A DNA stretch of 64,000 bases from an uncultured Gammaproteobacteria bacterium (GCA_964404855.1 CAYOLO010000001.1:30245-94244), one strand, 5' to 3'; shown: positions 49,089 to 58,435, numbered from the stretch's first letter. Translations and numbers: made by a program. Notes: generated by a model not told the origin, from the sequence alone.

Positions 49089-49120
49089 ATAAAAAAAGCC
49101 CTCCTTTTTAGGGGAGGGCG
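49089..49120 (-). terminator. intrinsic terminator
   Basis: GCCCTCC/GGAGGGC hairpin plus T-run on the minus strand, after the cupin gene. Confidence 0.65.
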
Positions 49121-49142
49121 TGTGGGATGGATAGAGCGGATA

Positions 49143-49670
49143 TTAACCGTTCCATCCGCGGTTTGGGTCGGCGCGCATTTCCTCGGTCTCGACCTGGGAG
49201 CGAGGATAGTCGTCATGCAGACGAACCGTCCTACCAGTCTCGGGGGTGGAGAATTCGGCGATTACGCAATCCGTAACCGCTTCCAGGCGGTGAACCGTCG
49301 GTGGCTTGATTCGGTATCCCACGAACGGTTCCATCTTGACCGGACGAAGATTGTCCGGCGAATTGCCGATCCAGAGGATTGCTTCGCCGCTGATCAGGCA
49401 CATGGTCTCGTCTTTTGCGGGCTTTCCCCCGCTGGGTCCATGACCGAGACTTTGGGCGTGATACTGCATGGACAACCTGCAGCCAGCTTTGATGTGTTCG
49501 AGTTTCCCGGTGTATTCCGCGGTTTCGGCCACGATCAGCTCGTGTCCCCACGGCTTCATGACCGTTTTGGCCATCGGCTCGGTGCCAGCTACGGCGGGGA
49601 ACAGATTCCTGTCGCCGTTATCGTCGACAATCTTCCACATTTCTGCAGCAGACGGTTGCGAGCGAGTCAT
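49143..49670 (-). CDS. cupin-domain protein (phosphomannose-isomerase-type cupin), GC-rich foreign composition
   Basis: KPWGHELIVAE...QYHAQSLGHG...GYRIKPPTVHRLEAV cupin motifs. GC is about 60%. The mirror-strand ORF 49122-49673 is an artefact of the high GC. Confidence 0.6.
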   Translation of the reverse strand: MTRSQPSAAEMWKIVDDNGDRNLFPAVAGTEPMAKTVMKPWGHELIVAETAEYTGKLEHIKAGCRLSMQYHAQSLGHGPSGGKPAKDETMCLISGEAILWIGNSPDNLRPVKMEPFVGYRIKPPTVHRLEAVTDCVIAEFSTPETGRTVRLHDDYPRSQVETEEMRADPNRGWNG

Positions 49671-49803
49671 TAGGTTCTCCTTTATTTGTTAAGGTTAGAC
49701 GCGAATTATAACATAACTATCCTATAATATTCAATTTGTGGACAATATCTGATATAATTTCGCCTTAGGCAAATTAACAAATCCAACGAAAGAGGAAAAC
49801 ATC

Positions 49804-50091
49804 TTGTCTTGTCGGATTATGGAGGTAACATTCCCCTTGCGCCAGTTCGCTTACGGACTCGGCAACGACTATATGCCCGGCGACTATTTGTTCGCTCCGC
49901 ATGAAGAAGACCTGACGAGCGACGAACCAAACGTCCGCGTGACGACCAAGCCCCACGAAGGCGAAGAGATCGAAGTGCCCAAGGGCAAGGTTCGCGCCAC
50001 CAACTTCGTGGCCGAAGAACAACCACCTCTTCGCCCGCTCATGCCGGCGGCTCGACCGACGATGGCTAAGCTCGGCGCTTTGGCCCGATAG
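49804..50091 (+). CDS. small GC-rich ORF, unknown function (likely start at the internal MEVTF)
   Basis: High GC3. Co-oriented with the following small membrane ORF and a shared terminator. Confidence 0.3.
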   Translation: MSCRIMEVTFPLRQFAYGLGNDYMPGDYLFAPHEEDLTSDEPNVRVTTKPHEGEEIEVPKGKVRATNFVAEEQPPLRPLMPAARPTMAKLGALAR

Positions 50092-50099
50092 GCCAAAAG

Positions 50100-50333
50100 A
50101 TGCAGACTGACGTCGAGTTTCTCGCCGAAGCACACGCTCAGCCAGAGTACGAAAAGCGAAAGATTCGGAAATACCGATTCCAAGCCGTACTGACAGCGTT
50201 GTTCACGACCTTTTTCGCTGCCACTGGATACCTGCTGTTTGATTTCATCGGACTGTTGGTAGTCTTCATCCTGTTTCTCATACTGACCACGCAGTCAGAA
50301 TGGAAGCAGTGGTTCCTCTTTCTTAGGCGTTGA
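50100..50333 (+). CDS. small hydrophobic membrane protein (77 aa), GC-rich cassette
   Basis: Two predicted TM segments. Followed by the terminator at 50359-50390. Confidence 0.35.
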   Translation: MQTDVEFLAEAHAQPEYEKRKIRKYRFQAVLTALFTTFFAATGYLLFDFIGLLVVFILFLILTTQSEWKQWFLFLRR

Positions 50334-50358
50334 TCCTCTGGGATTGCCGCACAGCCAC

Positions 50359-50390
50359 GACCCTCGATTAACCTCGAGGGTCTTTTTTTA
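50359..50390 (+). terminator. intrinsic terminator
   Basis: GACCCTCGA/TCGAGGGTC hairpin followed by a 7-nt T-run. Confidence 0.7.
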
Positions 50391-50453
50391 AGCATTAGGT
50401 CTCTTAATGCGCAGGAATGTAATTACTCACAAAATAAATTTTGTTATGTCTTG

Positions 50454-50470
50454 TGATTTGTTTCACAAAT
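50454..50470. promoter_or_regulatory. perfect 7-bp inverted repeat GATTTGT-ttc-ACAAATC upstream of the helicase gene; candidate operator
   Basis: Palindrome seen directly in the sequence, about 170 nt upstream of the start at 50642. Confidence 0.2.
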
Positions 50471-50641
50471 CTAAGCGCAAACTGAGTAAGGAATGAGCCT
50501 TGCCGAAATGACGAGCGAATTTGCGCGAGTAACTATAAAACCCGATATTTTGAAAAATATCCCGTAGTATTTACATTAAGAAATAAAATTAAAGATATTT
50601 TACAACTTACAGGTTAAGATAGAGATTCTTGTAACCAAGAA

Positions 50642-51814
50642 ATGTCAAAACTTACTCTTTCTACAGATCAACAAACCGTTCTTGACCAAGTTATGGCCTG
50701 GATAGATGCCCCAGTTGGGGATTATTTAACAATTGGCGGTTATGCTGGAACAGGAAAGACAACCTTAACGGCTTTTATTAGGCAAGAAATTTTTAACAAG
50801 GCGCCTCTGCTCAAAATTGCCTTTTGCTCATACACTGGCAAAGCTGCGCGAAACTTGGAAGAAAAACTTAAAGAAAATAAAGCGATTTTTTCAGGAGATT
50901 CTGTGTCTACAATTCATTCTCTTATTTATACGGCAATTACCAATAAGCAAGGCAACATCACTGGATGGAAAAGAAGAGATTTTATGGACGCGGACTTAAT
51001 AATTGTTGATGAGGCGTCGATGGTCGACCCTTTTATACTTAATGATTTGCTTAGTTACGAAGTGCCGATTGTTGCAGTTGGGGATCACGGGCAACTTCCG
51101 CCAATTGGAACTAATTATTCTTTGATGCAAAGCCCGCATCTTACTTTGACCCAGATTCATAGACAGGAGGAAGATAGTCCGATTATTGATGTTTCGATTT
51201 TGGCAAGAACGAGTGGGGAGATTCCTGTTCAAAAATTTGGAACGGGTGTAATAAAAATATCGCGTAATGATCCAGACTCTAGAGAAATATTGAATGAGGC
51301 TTTGGAGAGTTTCAATGAAGAGACTTTGATTATCTGCGGATACAATGCGACAAGATTAAGACTTAATAAAGAATTAAGAGCCAGAAAAGATAGATATGGA
51401 GATGTGCCAGAAGCAGGTGATAGAGTAGTGGCTCTGAAAAATAATCACTACTCGGGTATTCATAATGGAGCAGTCGGTACTATTACAAAAATATTAGAAG
51501 AGGACAAAACTGGTAATTGGTTATTGGTCAAAATAGATATTGATGGACAAGATAAACCTTATCAAGGATATATTTATAAACCGCAGTTTAATCAGAAGGA
51601 AACAATAATTGGTAACCTTAAAGATCCTGATGGACATCAAGGAGATTTGTTTGATTTTGGTTATGCCTTAACTGTTCACAAAGCTCAAGGTTCTCAAGCA
51701 GACTCGGTAATACTTTTTGAGGAAAGGTTTCCAAAATCTTCCGATGAAGAGTGGCGAAGATGGTTGTATACGGCAGTGACTAGGGCCAAACAGAATTTGT
51801 TGATTGTGGGGTAA
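50642..51814 (+). CDS. SF1 RecD/Dda-like ATP-dependent DNA helicase (short, 390 aa)
   Basis: Walker A GYAGTGKTT, Walker B IIVDEASMVD, VGDHGQLPP, and C-terminal ALTVHKAQGSQADSVILF. Confidence 0.7.
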   Translation: MSKLTLSTDQQTVLDQVMAWIDAPVGDYLTIGGYAGTGKTTLTAFIRQEIFNKAPLLKIAFCSYTGKAARNLEEKLKENKAIFSGDSVSTIHSLIYTAITNKQGNITGWKRRDFMDADLIIVDEASMVDPFILNDLLSYEVPIVAVGDHGQLPPIGTNYSLMQSPHLTLTQIHRQEEDSPIIDVSILARTSGEIPVQKFGTGVIKISRNDPDSREILNEALESFNEETLIICGYNATRLRLNKELRARKDRYGDVPEAGDRVVALKNNHYSGIHNGAVGTITKILEEDKTGNWLLVKIDIDGQDKPYQGYIYKPQFNQKETIIGNLKDPDGHQGDLFDFGYALTVHKAQGSQADSVILFEERFPKSSDEEWRRWLYTAVTRAKQNLLIVG

Positions 51815-51899
51815 ATTTTTAATTGCAAACTTTTTCTTGTTTAATATAGACATTTATTTTTAATTTCACTGTTCACTTCAGCTCTTTGGACTGGTGTCG

Positions 51900-52125
51900 T
51901 CGAGCACCTTGTTTTGCCGTCGCAAAACAAAAGGCGTTCACAGTAAAATATTGGACTTGTAAGTTTGCTTAACAGCAAACTGGAAAGATTACAAAATAAA
52001 ACAAAAAGAGATCCACTAAAGGAAATTGGGACTTAAGGGAAACAAGGAAACAAAAAAGGGCGTTCAGAAGAAAATATAGGACAAGGAAAAAGAAAGATCC
52101 GCTTAAGAGAATTGAGGTTATGAAA
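51900..52125. repeat. modular intergenic repeat, copy R2 (rearranged modules)
   Basis: Contains CAAAAGGCGTTCACAGTAAAATATTGGACTTGTAAGTTTGCTTAACAGCAAAC and AAGAGATCCACTAAAGGAAATTG. Confidence 0.65.
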
Positions 52126-52474
52126 AAGTTATTTCTATTAAACACCATGTGGGAGATGTCTTAGATTTGGAAAATATTAAGAGTAAATAGGGAAGTGTAG
52201 CAGTAGTGTATATAGTGTATCCATACACTGGTATATATTTTGATTGACTGGAACATTGTAGTCACGAATAATGACATTTAGTATAAAGTGTCAAAATAGC
52301 TTCAATTTTAATAATTTTACGTTTATTCCCCTGTTATGTTTTCATGCTAATTTTAATCTTTTTCACAAACTTTTAAATTTGGATTATTATTAGCACTCTA
52401 CTAGCTATATTGACAGAGAGTGGTGTATAGGAATTTTGACATATTACCTATTTTGGGAATAATATGAATGTAAT

Positions 52475-52807
52475 ATGAAACTGCTCATTAGATTGTTAAT
52501 CAATGCTGTCGCGGTTCTGATTTGTGCTTACTTTATTCCAGGTGTGACTGTGGATGGATTTGTTTCTGCGTTATGGGTAGCTGTAGCTTTGGCTGTACTG
52601 AATACTTTCTTAAAACCAATTTTGATGCTTATCTCCTTCCCTATTAATTTAATTACCTTTGGCTTGTTCACGATTGTAATTAACACCATTATTATTTTGC
52701 TTGCTGACTACCTAGTACCAGGACTTATGATAGAAACTTTTTGGCTTGCGGTGTTGTTCGGTATTGTGCTGACGATTGTGTCGGGAATTTTGGATAATTT
52801 GGATTAA
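52475..52807 (+). CDS. small 3-4 TM membrane protein of the phage-holin-4/YvlD-like family
   Basis: 110 aa. Hydrophobic pattern CAYFIPGVTVDGF...ADYLVPGLMIETF. Confidence 0.45.
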   Translation: MKLLIRLLINAVAVLICAYFIPGVTVDGFVSALWVAVALAVLNTFLKPILMLISFPINLITFGLFTIVINTIIILLADYLVPGLMIETFWLAVLFGIVLTIVSGILDNLD

Positions 52808-52904
52808 GTTTTAATTTTATTTTTAAAGATAATTTTTTATATTTCCTTCTTCACTTTTTGCAGAGTCGTATGCCTATAAAACATTTATTTTAATTACAAT
52901 TTTT

Positions 52905-53170
52905 TTTCAATCCCCTTTAGTGGCACGCAAGAAATCCCGGCGAGATTTCTTTCTTTCACTTTTTGCTCGCTCTTTTGCTAAAGCAAAAACCATGCCCGCT
53001 TACAAAAAGAGATCCACTAAAAGGAATTGAGGAATTAGGGGACAAAAAGACAAAAGGCGTTCATTGTGAAATATTGGACTAGGGCTTATAGGTTCTCGCT
53101 CAAATTCGCAAAATAATTTGAGTCCCTCAAAATTTTGCTCAGTTTGAGCTACAAGCCTGCGTTTCAGGAT
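52905..53170. repeat. modular intergenic repeat, copy R3 (modules B and D)
   Basis: Near-identical to R1 over B (TTTCTTTCACTTTTTGCTCGCTCTTTTGCTAAAGCAAAA...GGCGTTCATTGTGAAATATTGGAC) and D (GGTTCTCGCTCAAATTCGCAAAATA...GAGCTACAAGCCTGCGTT). Confidence 0.7.
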
Positions 53171-53189
53171 ACCTGAAACTAAAGGAAAG

Positions 53190-53924
53190 TTAGATTTGGT
53201 TGCGGGTTGGAATGGGGGAAGTCGTATTTGGGTTGGAAGTGCTTGGCGAGACTTGGGTTGGTCCAGAGTTAACAGAAATAAGTGGTTTTTTCTTAGTCCA
53301 AAAATAAATCAGACTTGTCCATTCAGCTAAGGCATAAACCCCAAGCAGAAGTGTTAATGGTCCGATTTCTTCTAAGGCAACATGACCAAAAACCAGCCAA
53401 ATAATTACATAAGCCGCCATGTGCAATCTCCCCCACCACTTACCTAAGCGCTTCATCGAAAAATCATTACTGGTTATAAACATTACAAAGAATAAACAGA
53501 AGGCCAAAAATCCTAACGTTTCTCTAAATGGCGGAAGACTAAAACTTTGCCAAGTCATCATTGGCACAAGTCGCAGAACAGCGTAATGAGTTAGAGTTAG
53601 TAGAAATGTAGCAATGCCAAAATGTCTACGGAAAGTCTGAACAATATTAAAAACTGGGTGGCGGATGCCAAATCTTTTGGCAATACCTGGAGTGATGGTT
53701 ACAAGAAAAGCTAAAGCCGCAAGAGTTCCAAACTTTCCACCAAGATCATAATAAAGAACACCGATTTCGTTACCATCAGCAATGAGAGCCACAAAATAAG
53801 CAGCTGCGAGAATATTAATCGTTAGTAGAATATGGGCAAGAAAAAATAGTTTGATAACTAGGTTTTTGTTTTTGACCAACCAAAGAAATACCTTATTTGA
53901 AAACGAGTAAAGAAAAATATCCAT
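53190..53924 (-). CDS. polytopic membrane protein, possibly ferric-reductase/MsrQ-like heme-binding TM domain, with Ser/Thr/Pro-rich C-terminal tail
   Basis: Six predicted TM helices with conserved His in TM segments (LAHILL, LTLTHYAVL, GRLHMAAYV, FGHVALE). Confidence 0.3.
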   Translation of the reverse strand: MDIFLYSFSNKVFLWLVKNKNLVIKLFFLAHILLTINILAAAYFVALIADGNEIGVLYYDLGGKFGTLAALAFLVTITPGIAKRFGIRHPVFNIVQTFRRHFGIATFLLTLTHYAVLRLVPMMTWQSFSLPPFRETLGFLAFCLFFVMFITSNDFSMKRLGKWWGRLHMAAYVIIWLVFGHVALEEIGPLTLLLGVYALAEWTSLIYFWTKKKPLISVNSGPTQVSPSTSNPNTTSPIPTRNQI

Positions 53925-53944
53925 AATTATCTAAACCATTATAA

Positions 53945-54247
53945 CTACTTCTTTTTCTTGTCTAGTTTATCTAACTTAAGAAGTTTGACTCCGAAGTAAA
54001 CAACCAAGGCAATAACCAAGAAGTCGATACCGGTATTAACAAAACTTCCCCACATTATTTTGGCCTCTCCAATTGCAATGTGCGCATCAGCGAGATTACC
54101 TGCTGCGCCAAGTGCAACCCCAAGAATAGGATTAATAATGTCTTCGACTAATGATGAAACAAGTCCTGATACGGCACCACCGAGAATAAAACCTACGGCT
54201 AGACCAACGACGCCTTGATCACGAACAAACTCAATAAATCCTTTCAT
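53945..54247 (-). CDS. mscL: large-conductance mechanosensitive channel MscL
   Basis: MKGFIEFVRDQGVVGLAVGFILGGA... typical MscL N-terminus and length. Confidence 0.85.
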   Translation of the reverse strand: MKGFIEFVRDQGVVGLAVGFILGGAVSGLVSSLVEDIINPILGVALGAAGNLADAHIAIGEAKIMWGSFVNTGIDFLVIALVVYFGVKLLKLDKLDKKKK

Positions 54248-54303
54248 TAATTATTTCACCACCTTTCAATAATAGTTACTAAACGATTAATTAATAATAC
54301 TAG

Positions 54304-54702
54304 TTACTCGGATGTAGTTCCGTCAAAGTGAGCTTCGTTAAGTTCGGCTTCTTCTTTGGTGACCCTAACAATCCCATCCTTATGTTCTGGTGGAGAATAA
54401 ATAGTGTAGAGCTTAAGTGGTTCGGTTTGGGAAACATTAATGACATTATGATTGGAGCCAGCTGGAACAATAACTGCGTCACCGTCTTTTACTTTGTGAA
54501 TTGTGTCATCAATGTGTACTTCCCCTTCGCCGTTTTCAAAACGAAAAAATTGATCACGATCTGGGTGGACTTCTGAACCAATCTCCTCCCCTACCTTAAG
54601 TGCCATTAAAACTAATTGAGAATTTTGTCCGGTATATAAGACTTTGCGAAAATTATTGTTATCTAGTGTTTGCTGTTCGATGTTTGTTTTGTAGCCTTTC
54701 AT
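54304..54702 (-). CDS. cupin-domain protein (native low-GC composition)
   Basis: GSNHNVINVS...HPDRDQFFRFENGEGEVHIDD cupin pattern. Confidence 0.5.
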   Translation of the reverse strand: MKGYKTNIEQQTLDNNNFRKVLYTGQNSQLVLMALKVGEEIGSEVHPDRDQFFRFENGEGEVHIDDTIHKVKDGDAVIVPAGSNHNVINVSQTEPLKLYTIYSPPEHKDGIVRVTKEEAELNEAHFDGTTSE

Positions 54703-54850
54703 AATGAATAAAAACTGTGAGGGATTGGTAACTAACTATATTCTACTACTCTTGTGCAATTGAAGTACTCGGAGGTTTACAAATATCTCTATTTAATTTA
54801 TTGATTGCGAACCTTAGTAATAACCTGTAATGTTAGTTTAATGCCCCTTT

Positions 54851-55132
54851 ATGGACCCTAATCAACCAACTGATTCGAATAATCCAACCCCACTTAATCC
54901 ACTACCTGTTCAGCCAGTCCCAGAAGGAGCAACCATAGACAGCACGACTGCTGCACCTGTGACAATTGGTAACCAAATGCCTCCTGTTATGCCACAAATG
55001 CAATCTCAGCCCATCTCCCCATTTCCAGCTCAGCCAGAAATATCTCAGCCACAATTTCAAGACAACACTACTCCACCAAATGGAGGCGGAAGTAAGAAAA
55101 AACTATCCAGACGCAAAAATCAATTATTGTAG
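54851..55132 (+). CDS. Pro/Gln-rich small protein (possibly N-terminal part of a disrupted membrane-protein gene)
   Basis: PQ-rich composition like the N-termini of the 34083-36255 proteins. Ends with the basic SKKKLSRRK and no TM helix. Confidence 0.3.
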   Translation: MDPNQPTDSNNPTPLNPLPVQPVPEGATIDSTTAAPVTIGNQMPPVMPQMQSQPISPFPAQPEISQPQFQDNTTPPNGGGSKKKLSRRKNQLL

Positions 55133-55158
55133 CTTAGAACTAGTGCTACACTTGAGGT

Positions 55159-55749
55159 ATGCCCAGCTCTAAACATCCCGTCAAAGCAAAACTATTACTA
55201 GCTAGTAACCTTGCAAACATCTTTGGGTTTGGACTTTTTTTGCCGTTGTACGGTGGATATATTTTGGCTCTTGGTGAAGAACCGGAAACAGGAAGTTTTT
55301 TGTGGTCGGCGCATACTTTAGCAATTGGAATATTTGCACTGGTGTTTGGTCGGTTGGAGGATAAAAAAAATGGACTGTTTTCAAGGTTTTTGATTGGCGG
55401 GAACTTGTTACAACTTGTTGGTGTTGCGATTATTTTGGTTACCAGTCAGGTAGTGTGGTTCGGTGTGGGACTGGTTATATATAGTCTTGGTGTTGGAGTG
55501 TTGTCGCCAGCATGGCTTGCGATGTTTTCCAAAAGTCTCGATGGCAAGCACACGGCGCGCGGATGGTCTTATGCTCAAGGTGGTGGTGCTCTAGCCGGAG
55601 CGGGAGGCGCAGCAGCAGGAGGATTATTGTTTTCTGGTTATGGATATTTAGGAGTGTTTGTTTTGGCACTGATATTACATGCGATTGGGATGATTTTGGG
55701 GATTATGGCAGTGAATAAGAAGAGGTTAAGACCTCAAGTTGTTGGTTAG
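55159..55749 (+). CDS. polytopic membrane protein (MFS-like half-transporter fragment)
   Basis: About 6 TM helices, Gly/Ala-rich. 196 aa. Confidence 0.35.
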   Translation: MPSSKHPVKAKLLLASNLANIFGFGLFLPLYGGYILALGEEPETGSFLWSAHTLAIGIFALVFGRLEDKKNGLFSRFLIGGNLLQLVGVAIILVTSQVVWFGVGLVIYSLGVGVLSPAWLAMFSKSLDGKHTARGWSYAQGGGALAGAGGAAAGGLLFSGYGYLGVFVLALILHAIGMILGIMAVNKKRLRPQVVG

Positions 55750-55774
55750 GATTCATTTTATCTTTTAAATTACA

Positions 55775-56050
55775 GTTTTTTATATTTCCTTCTTCACTTT
55801 TTGCTGAGTGGCGTAAGAATAAAACTCGGCCACTCATCAAGGTGAATTTTCTGACCTAGAAAACGAATGTTTGTTTATTAAATTTTTTAGTTTAAGGAAT
55901 ATCCGAAAATTCAAACCCGTTCAGAAGAAAATACGGACTAAGAAAAAAAGAGATCCACTAAAGGGAATTGAGGAATATGGGAGACAAAAAAACAAAAGGC
56001 GTTCACGGTGAAATATTGGACTAGTTGGTTTGCTTGACAGCTAACGAGAA
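55775..56050. repeat. modular intergenic repeat, copy R4
   Basis: Starts with TTTTTATATTTCCTTCTTCACTTTTTGC (also found at 52835-52862). Contains AAGAGATCCACTAAAGGGAATTGAGGAATATGGGAGACAAAAAAACAAAAGGCGTTCACGGTGAAATATTGGAC. Confidence 0.7.
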
Positions 56051-56141
56051 AGCGAACCATTAAAGGGAACAACGACTGGAGGATGAGGATTTAAAACTTT
56101 CATGAAAAGTTAAGGTAAAATTAAGCAGAAATTAATAAAGT

Positions 56142-56822
56142 ATGAAAGTGAAAATATTACTAGTTGAGGACGAAATTAAACTTGCGAATGCGACAAGGCG
56201 GGCTTTGGAGTTGCAGAAATATATTGTTGATGTTGCCTACGATGGCGACAAGGGGCTAGATCTGGCATTGGGAGAAAAATATGATTTAATGATTCTTGAT
56301 TTGATGTTGCCAGAAATAGATGGACTAGAAATCTGCAAAACCGTAAGAGAGGAAAAAATAACAACTCCAATACTGATGCTTACAGCTAAAGGTCAAGTTA
56401 GCGACAAGGTAATAGGACTGGATGCGGGGGCTGACGATTATATGGTTAAGCCTTTTTCTTTTGAGGAGTTGTTTGCCAGAGTTAGAGCCTTGTCTCGCCG
56501 AAGTGCAAAAGACAAAGACCAAGTACTTAAAGTAAAAAACCTAACATTGGACACCAACACATCCAAGGTAAAAATGAATAATTCCCCTATCGAATTGTCG
56601 CCGAGAGAGTTTGCTATTTTGGAATATTTGATGAGGAATAAAAATATTGTTGTGAGCAAACCACAAATTGTAAATAATGTTTGGAATTACGAAACCGATA
56701 TTCTGCCAACAACGATTGAGGTACATATTAAACATTTAAGAGATAAAATAGATGGAGTTTTTGGAACCAACCTTATTCGAACTGTTAGGGGTTTCGGGTA
56801 TGAATTAAACGATGAAGAATAA
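56142..56822 (+). CDS. OmpR-family response regulator
   Basis: Receiver domain (LLVEDE..., D-box LDLMLP) plus winged-helix C-terminus. Confidence 0.85.
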   Translation: MKVKILLVEDEIKLANATRRALELQKYIVDVAYDGDKGLDLALGEKYDLMILDLMLPEIDGLEICKTVREEKITTPILMLTAKGQVSDKVIGLDAGADDYMVKPFSFEELFARVRALSRRSAKDKDQVLKVKNLTLDTNTSKVKMNNSPIELSPREFAILEYLMRNKNIVVSKPQIVNNVWNYETDILPTTIEVHIKHLRDKIDGVFGTNLIRTVRGFGYELNDEE

Positions 56823-57840
56823 TCCTTTTGATACGGCGAGAATACAACTGACTGTATGGTATGTGCTGATTATTTTTGTAATTAGCGGGCTGTTCAGTGC
56901 GGCTTTTTATCGAGCGGCAACAGTGGAAATAGATGGAATAATTGAGAGATTAAAATTTGAGGAACTAAGAGGAGAAATTGAACTATTTCGTGTATTGAGA
57001 CAACCTAACGCGCCAACAATTGAAGATTTGCAACAACACAAACAGCGAACGATGATGTCGCTGATTGCAGCAAACGGGGCTATTTTGATTGTCACTGCAG
57101 GACTTGGTTATTGGTTGGCGGGAAGAACACTAAAGCCGATTAAGACAATGGTTGAGGATCAGAATCGGTTTATTTCTGATGCGTCGCACGAACTGCGGAC
57201 ACCGATTGCGACACTGAGAGCGGAGATGGAGGGTGGACTAATGGAGAAAAAAATAACCGACTCCTCTGCTCGCAAACTGGTAAACAGTAATCTTGAAGAG
57301 CTAAGCCGGCTTCAGAATCTGACAAATAATTTGCTGTCACTTACTGGTTTGGGATTAGGTAAAAACTACAAAGAAAAGAAAAAAAATATTAACGTAGCCG
57401 AAATTGTCGAAGTTGCAAAAAGTAGAGTTAACGCTCTAGCAAAGGTAAAGTCAATAAAAATCACATCAAAAATATCATCACAAAAATTAAAGGTTTCGGG
57501 GAACGAAGAAAACTTAACTGAACTAATAACAATATTAATGGAAAATGCGATTAAATATAGTCCGCAAAAATCTGCAGTCACAATTGGGGTAAAAAAACTG
57601 ACCAAAAAAGTTGAAATATCAATCTCTGACCAAGGAATGGGGATAGCTAAGAACGAACAGGAAAAAATATTTGAAAGGTTCTATCGCACGGACAAATCAC
57701 GATCGACCACTGAGGGTTTTGGTCTGGGACTATCGATTGCCAAAAAAATAATTGAGGATCACTCTGGAATAATTGAGGTCATGAGTAAAAGCGGAAAAGG
57801 CTCGACTTTTATAGTTACCCTGCCTGAGAATAACTTTTGA
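56812..57840 (+). CDS. sensor histidine kinase (two TM helices, HisKA, HATPase)
   Basis: H-box SHELRTPIATL. G boxes DQGMGI and GFGLGLSIAKKII. Overlaps the RR gene by 11 nt. Confidence 0.85.
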   Translation: MKNNPFDTARIQLTVWYVLIIFVISGLFSAAFYRAATVEIDGIIERLKFEELRGEIELFRVLRQPNAPTIEDLQQHKQRTMMSLIAANGAILIVTAGLGYWLAGRTLKPIKTMVEDQNRFISDASHELRTPIATLRAEMEGGLMEKKITDSSARKLVNSNLEELSRLQNLTNNLLSLTGLGLGKNYKEKKKNINVAEIVEVAKSRVNALAKVKSIKITSKISSQKLKVSGNEENLTELITILMENAIKYSPQKSAVTIGVKKLTKKVEISISDQGMGIAKNEQEKIFERFYRTDKSRSTTEGFGLGLSIAKKIIEDHSGIIEVMSKSGKGSTFIVTLPENNF

Positions 57841-57925
57841 TTTTTGGGTGTTTAAGCGATTATTAAGAAAAAATATATAGAATTAATTGTAATAAATAGG
57901 AGGAGGTGAAACCATAAAATGGCCG

Positions 57926-58435
57926 ATGAAAGCGAAAAGAAAGATGGTTGTAATTGCGACTGCGGTAATTGCTGTTAGCGGAGGAATTATCGGATCTTCA
58001 AAAGCTTTTGCACAGGGCTCAGAAGTATTCGACGATCCAATGTCATCACTAGTTACAAGAATATCTGAAAGATTTAGCCTAGACAAAGACGAGGTTAAGC
58101 AGGTGTTTGATGCTGAACTCGAAGAACAACACAGAAAGATGCTAGAAAAATCTTCACAAGATCTTACAGAACTAGTGAAAGATGGCAAAATTACTGAGGC
58201 TCAAAAACAACTTATTATCGATAAGAGAAGCGAACTGCACTCAAGCCATATGAGTAAGATGATGAACTTACAAGGTTCGATGCGAGAAGAAACTAGGGCA
58301 GCAATGGAAAAAGAAAAATCAGAGTTGGAACAATGGGCAAAAGATAATGGTATTGATGTGAGTTATGTTTTTGGCGGTATGAGGAAAATGGGGTTTGGTG
58401 GCGGTATGCGAGGATCTCATTTTTTTGGCAAGTAA
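57926..58435 (+). CDS. secreted helical protein, possibly Spy/CpxP-like (LTxxQ-type) periplasmic partner of the two-component system
   Basis: Signal peptide. Helical, charged. ITEAQKQ resembles LTxxQ. Adjacent to the RR/HK pair. Confidence 0.25.
   Translation: MKAKRKMVVIATAVIAVSGGIIGSSKAFAQGSEVFDDPMSSLVTRISERFSLDKDEVKQVFDAELEEQHRKMLEKSSQDLTELVKDGKITEAQKQLIIDKRSELHSSHMSKMMNLQGSMREETRAAMEKEKSELEQWAKDNGIDVSYVFGGMRKMGFGGGMRGSHFFGK

Noticed and set aside
49122-49673. 183-aa plus-strand ORF mirroring the cupin gene (also 49231-49551 and 49774-50133 on the minus strand)
   Set aside because: Typical shadow ORFs of high-GC DNA. The cupin frame on the minus strand carries recognisable motifs, the others do not.
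54851-55749. Single frameshifted gene joining the PQ-rich ORF (54851-55132) to the membrane ORF (55159-55749)
   Set aside because: An in-frame stop lies immediately before the second ORF's ATG and the two frames differ. The downstream protein looks like an MFS half rather than the single-TM partners of other PQ modules. Left as two separate, low-confidence ORFs.
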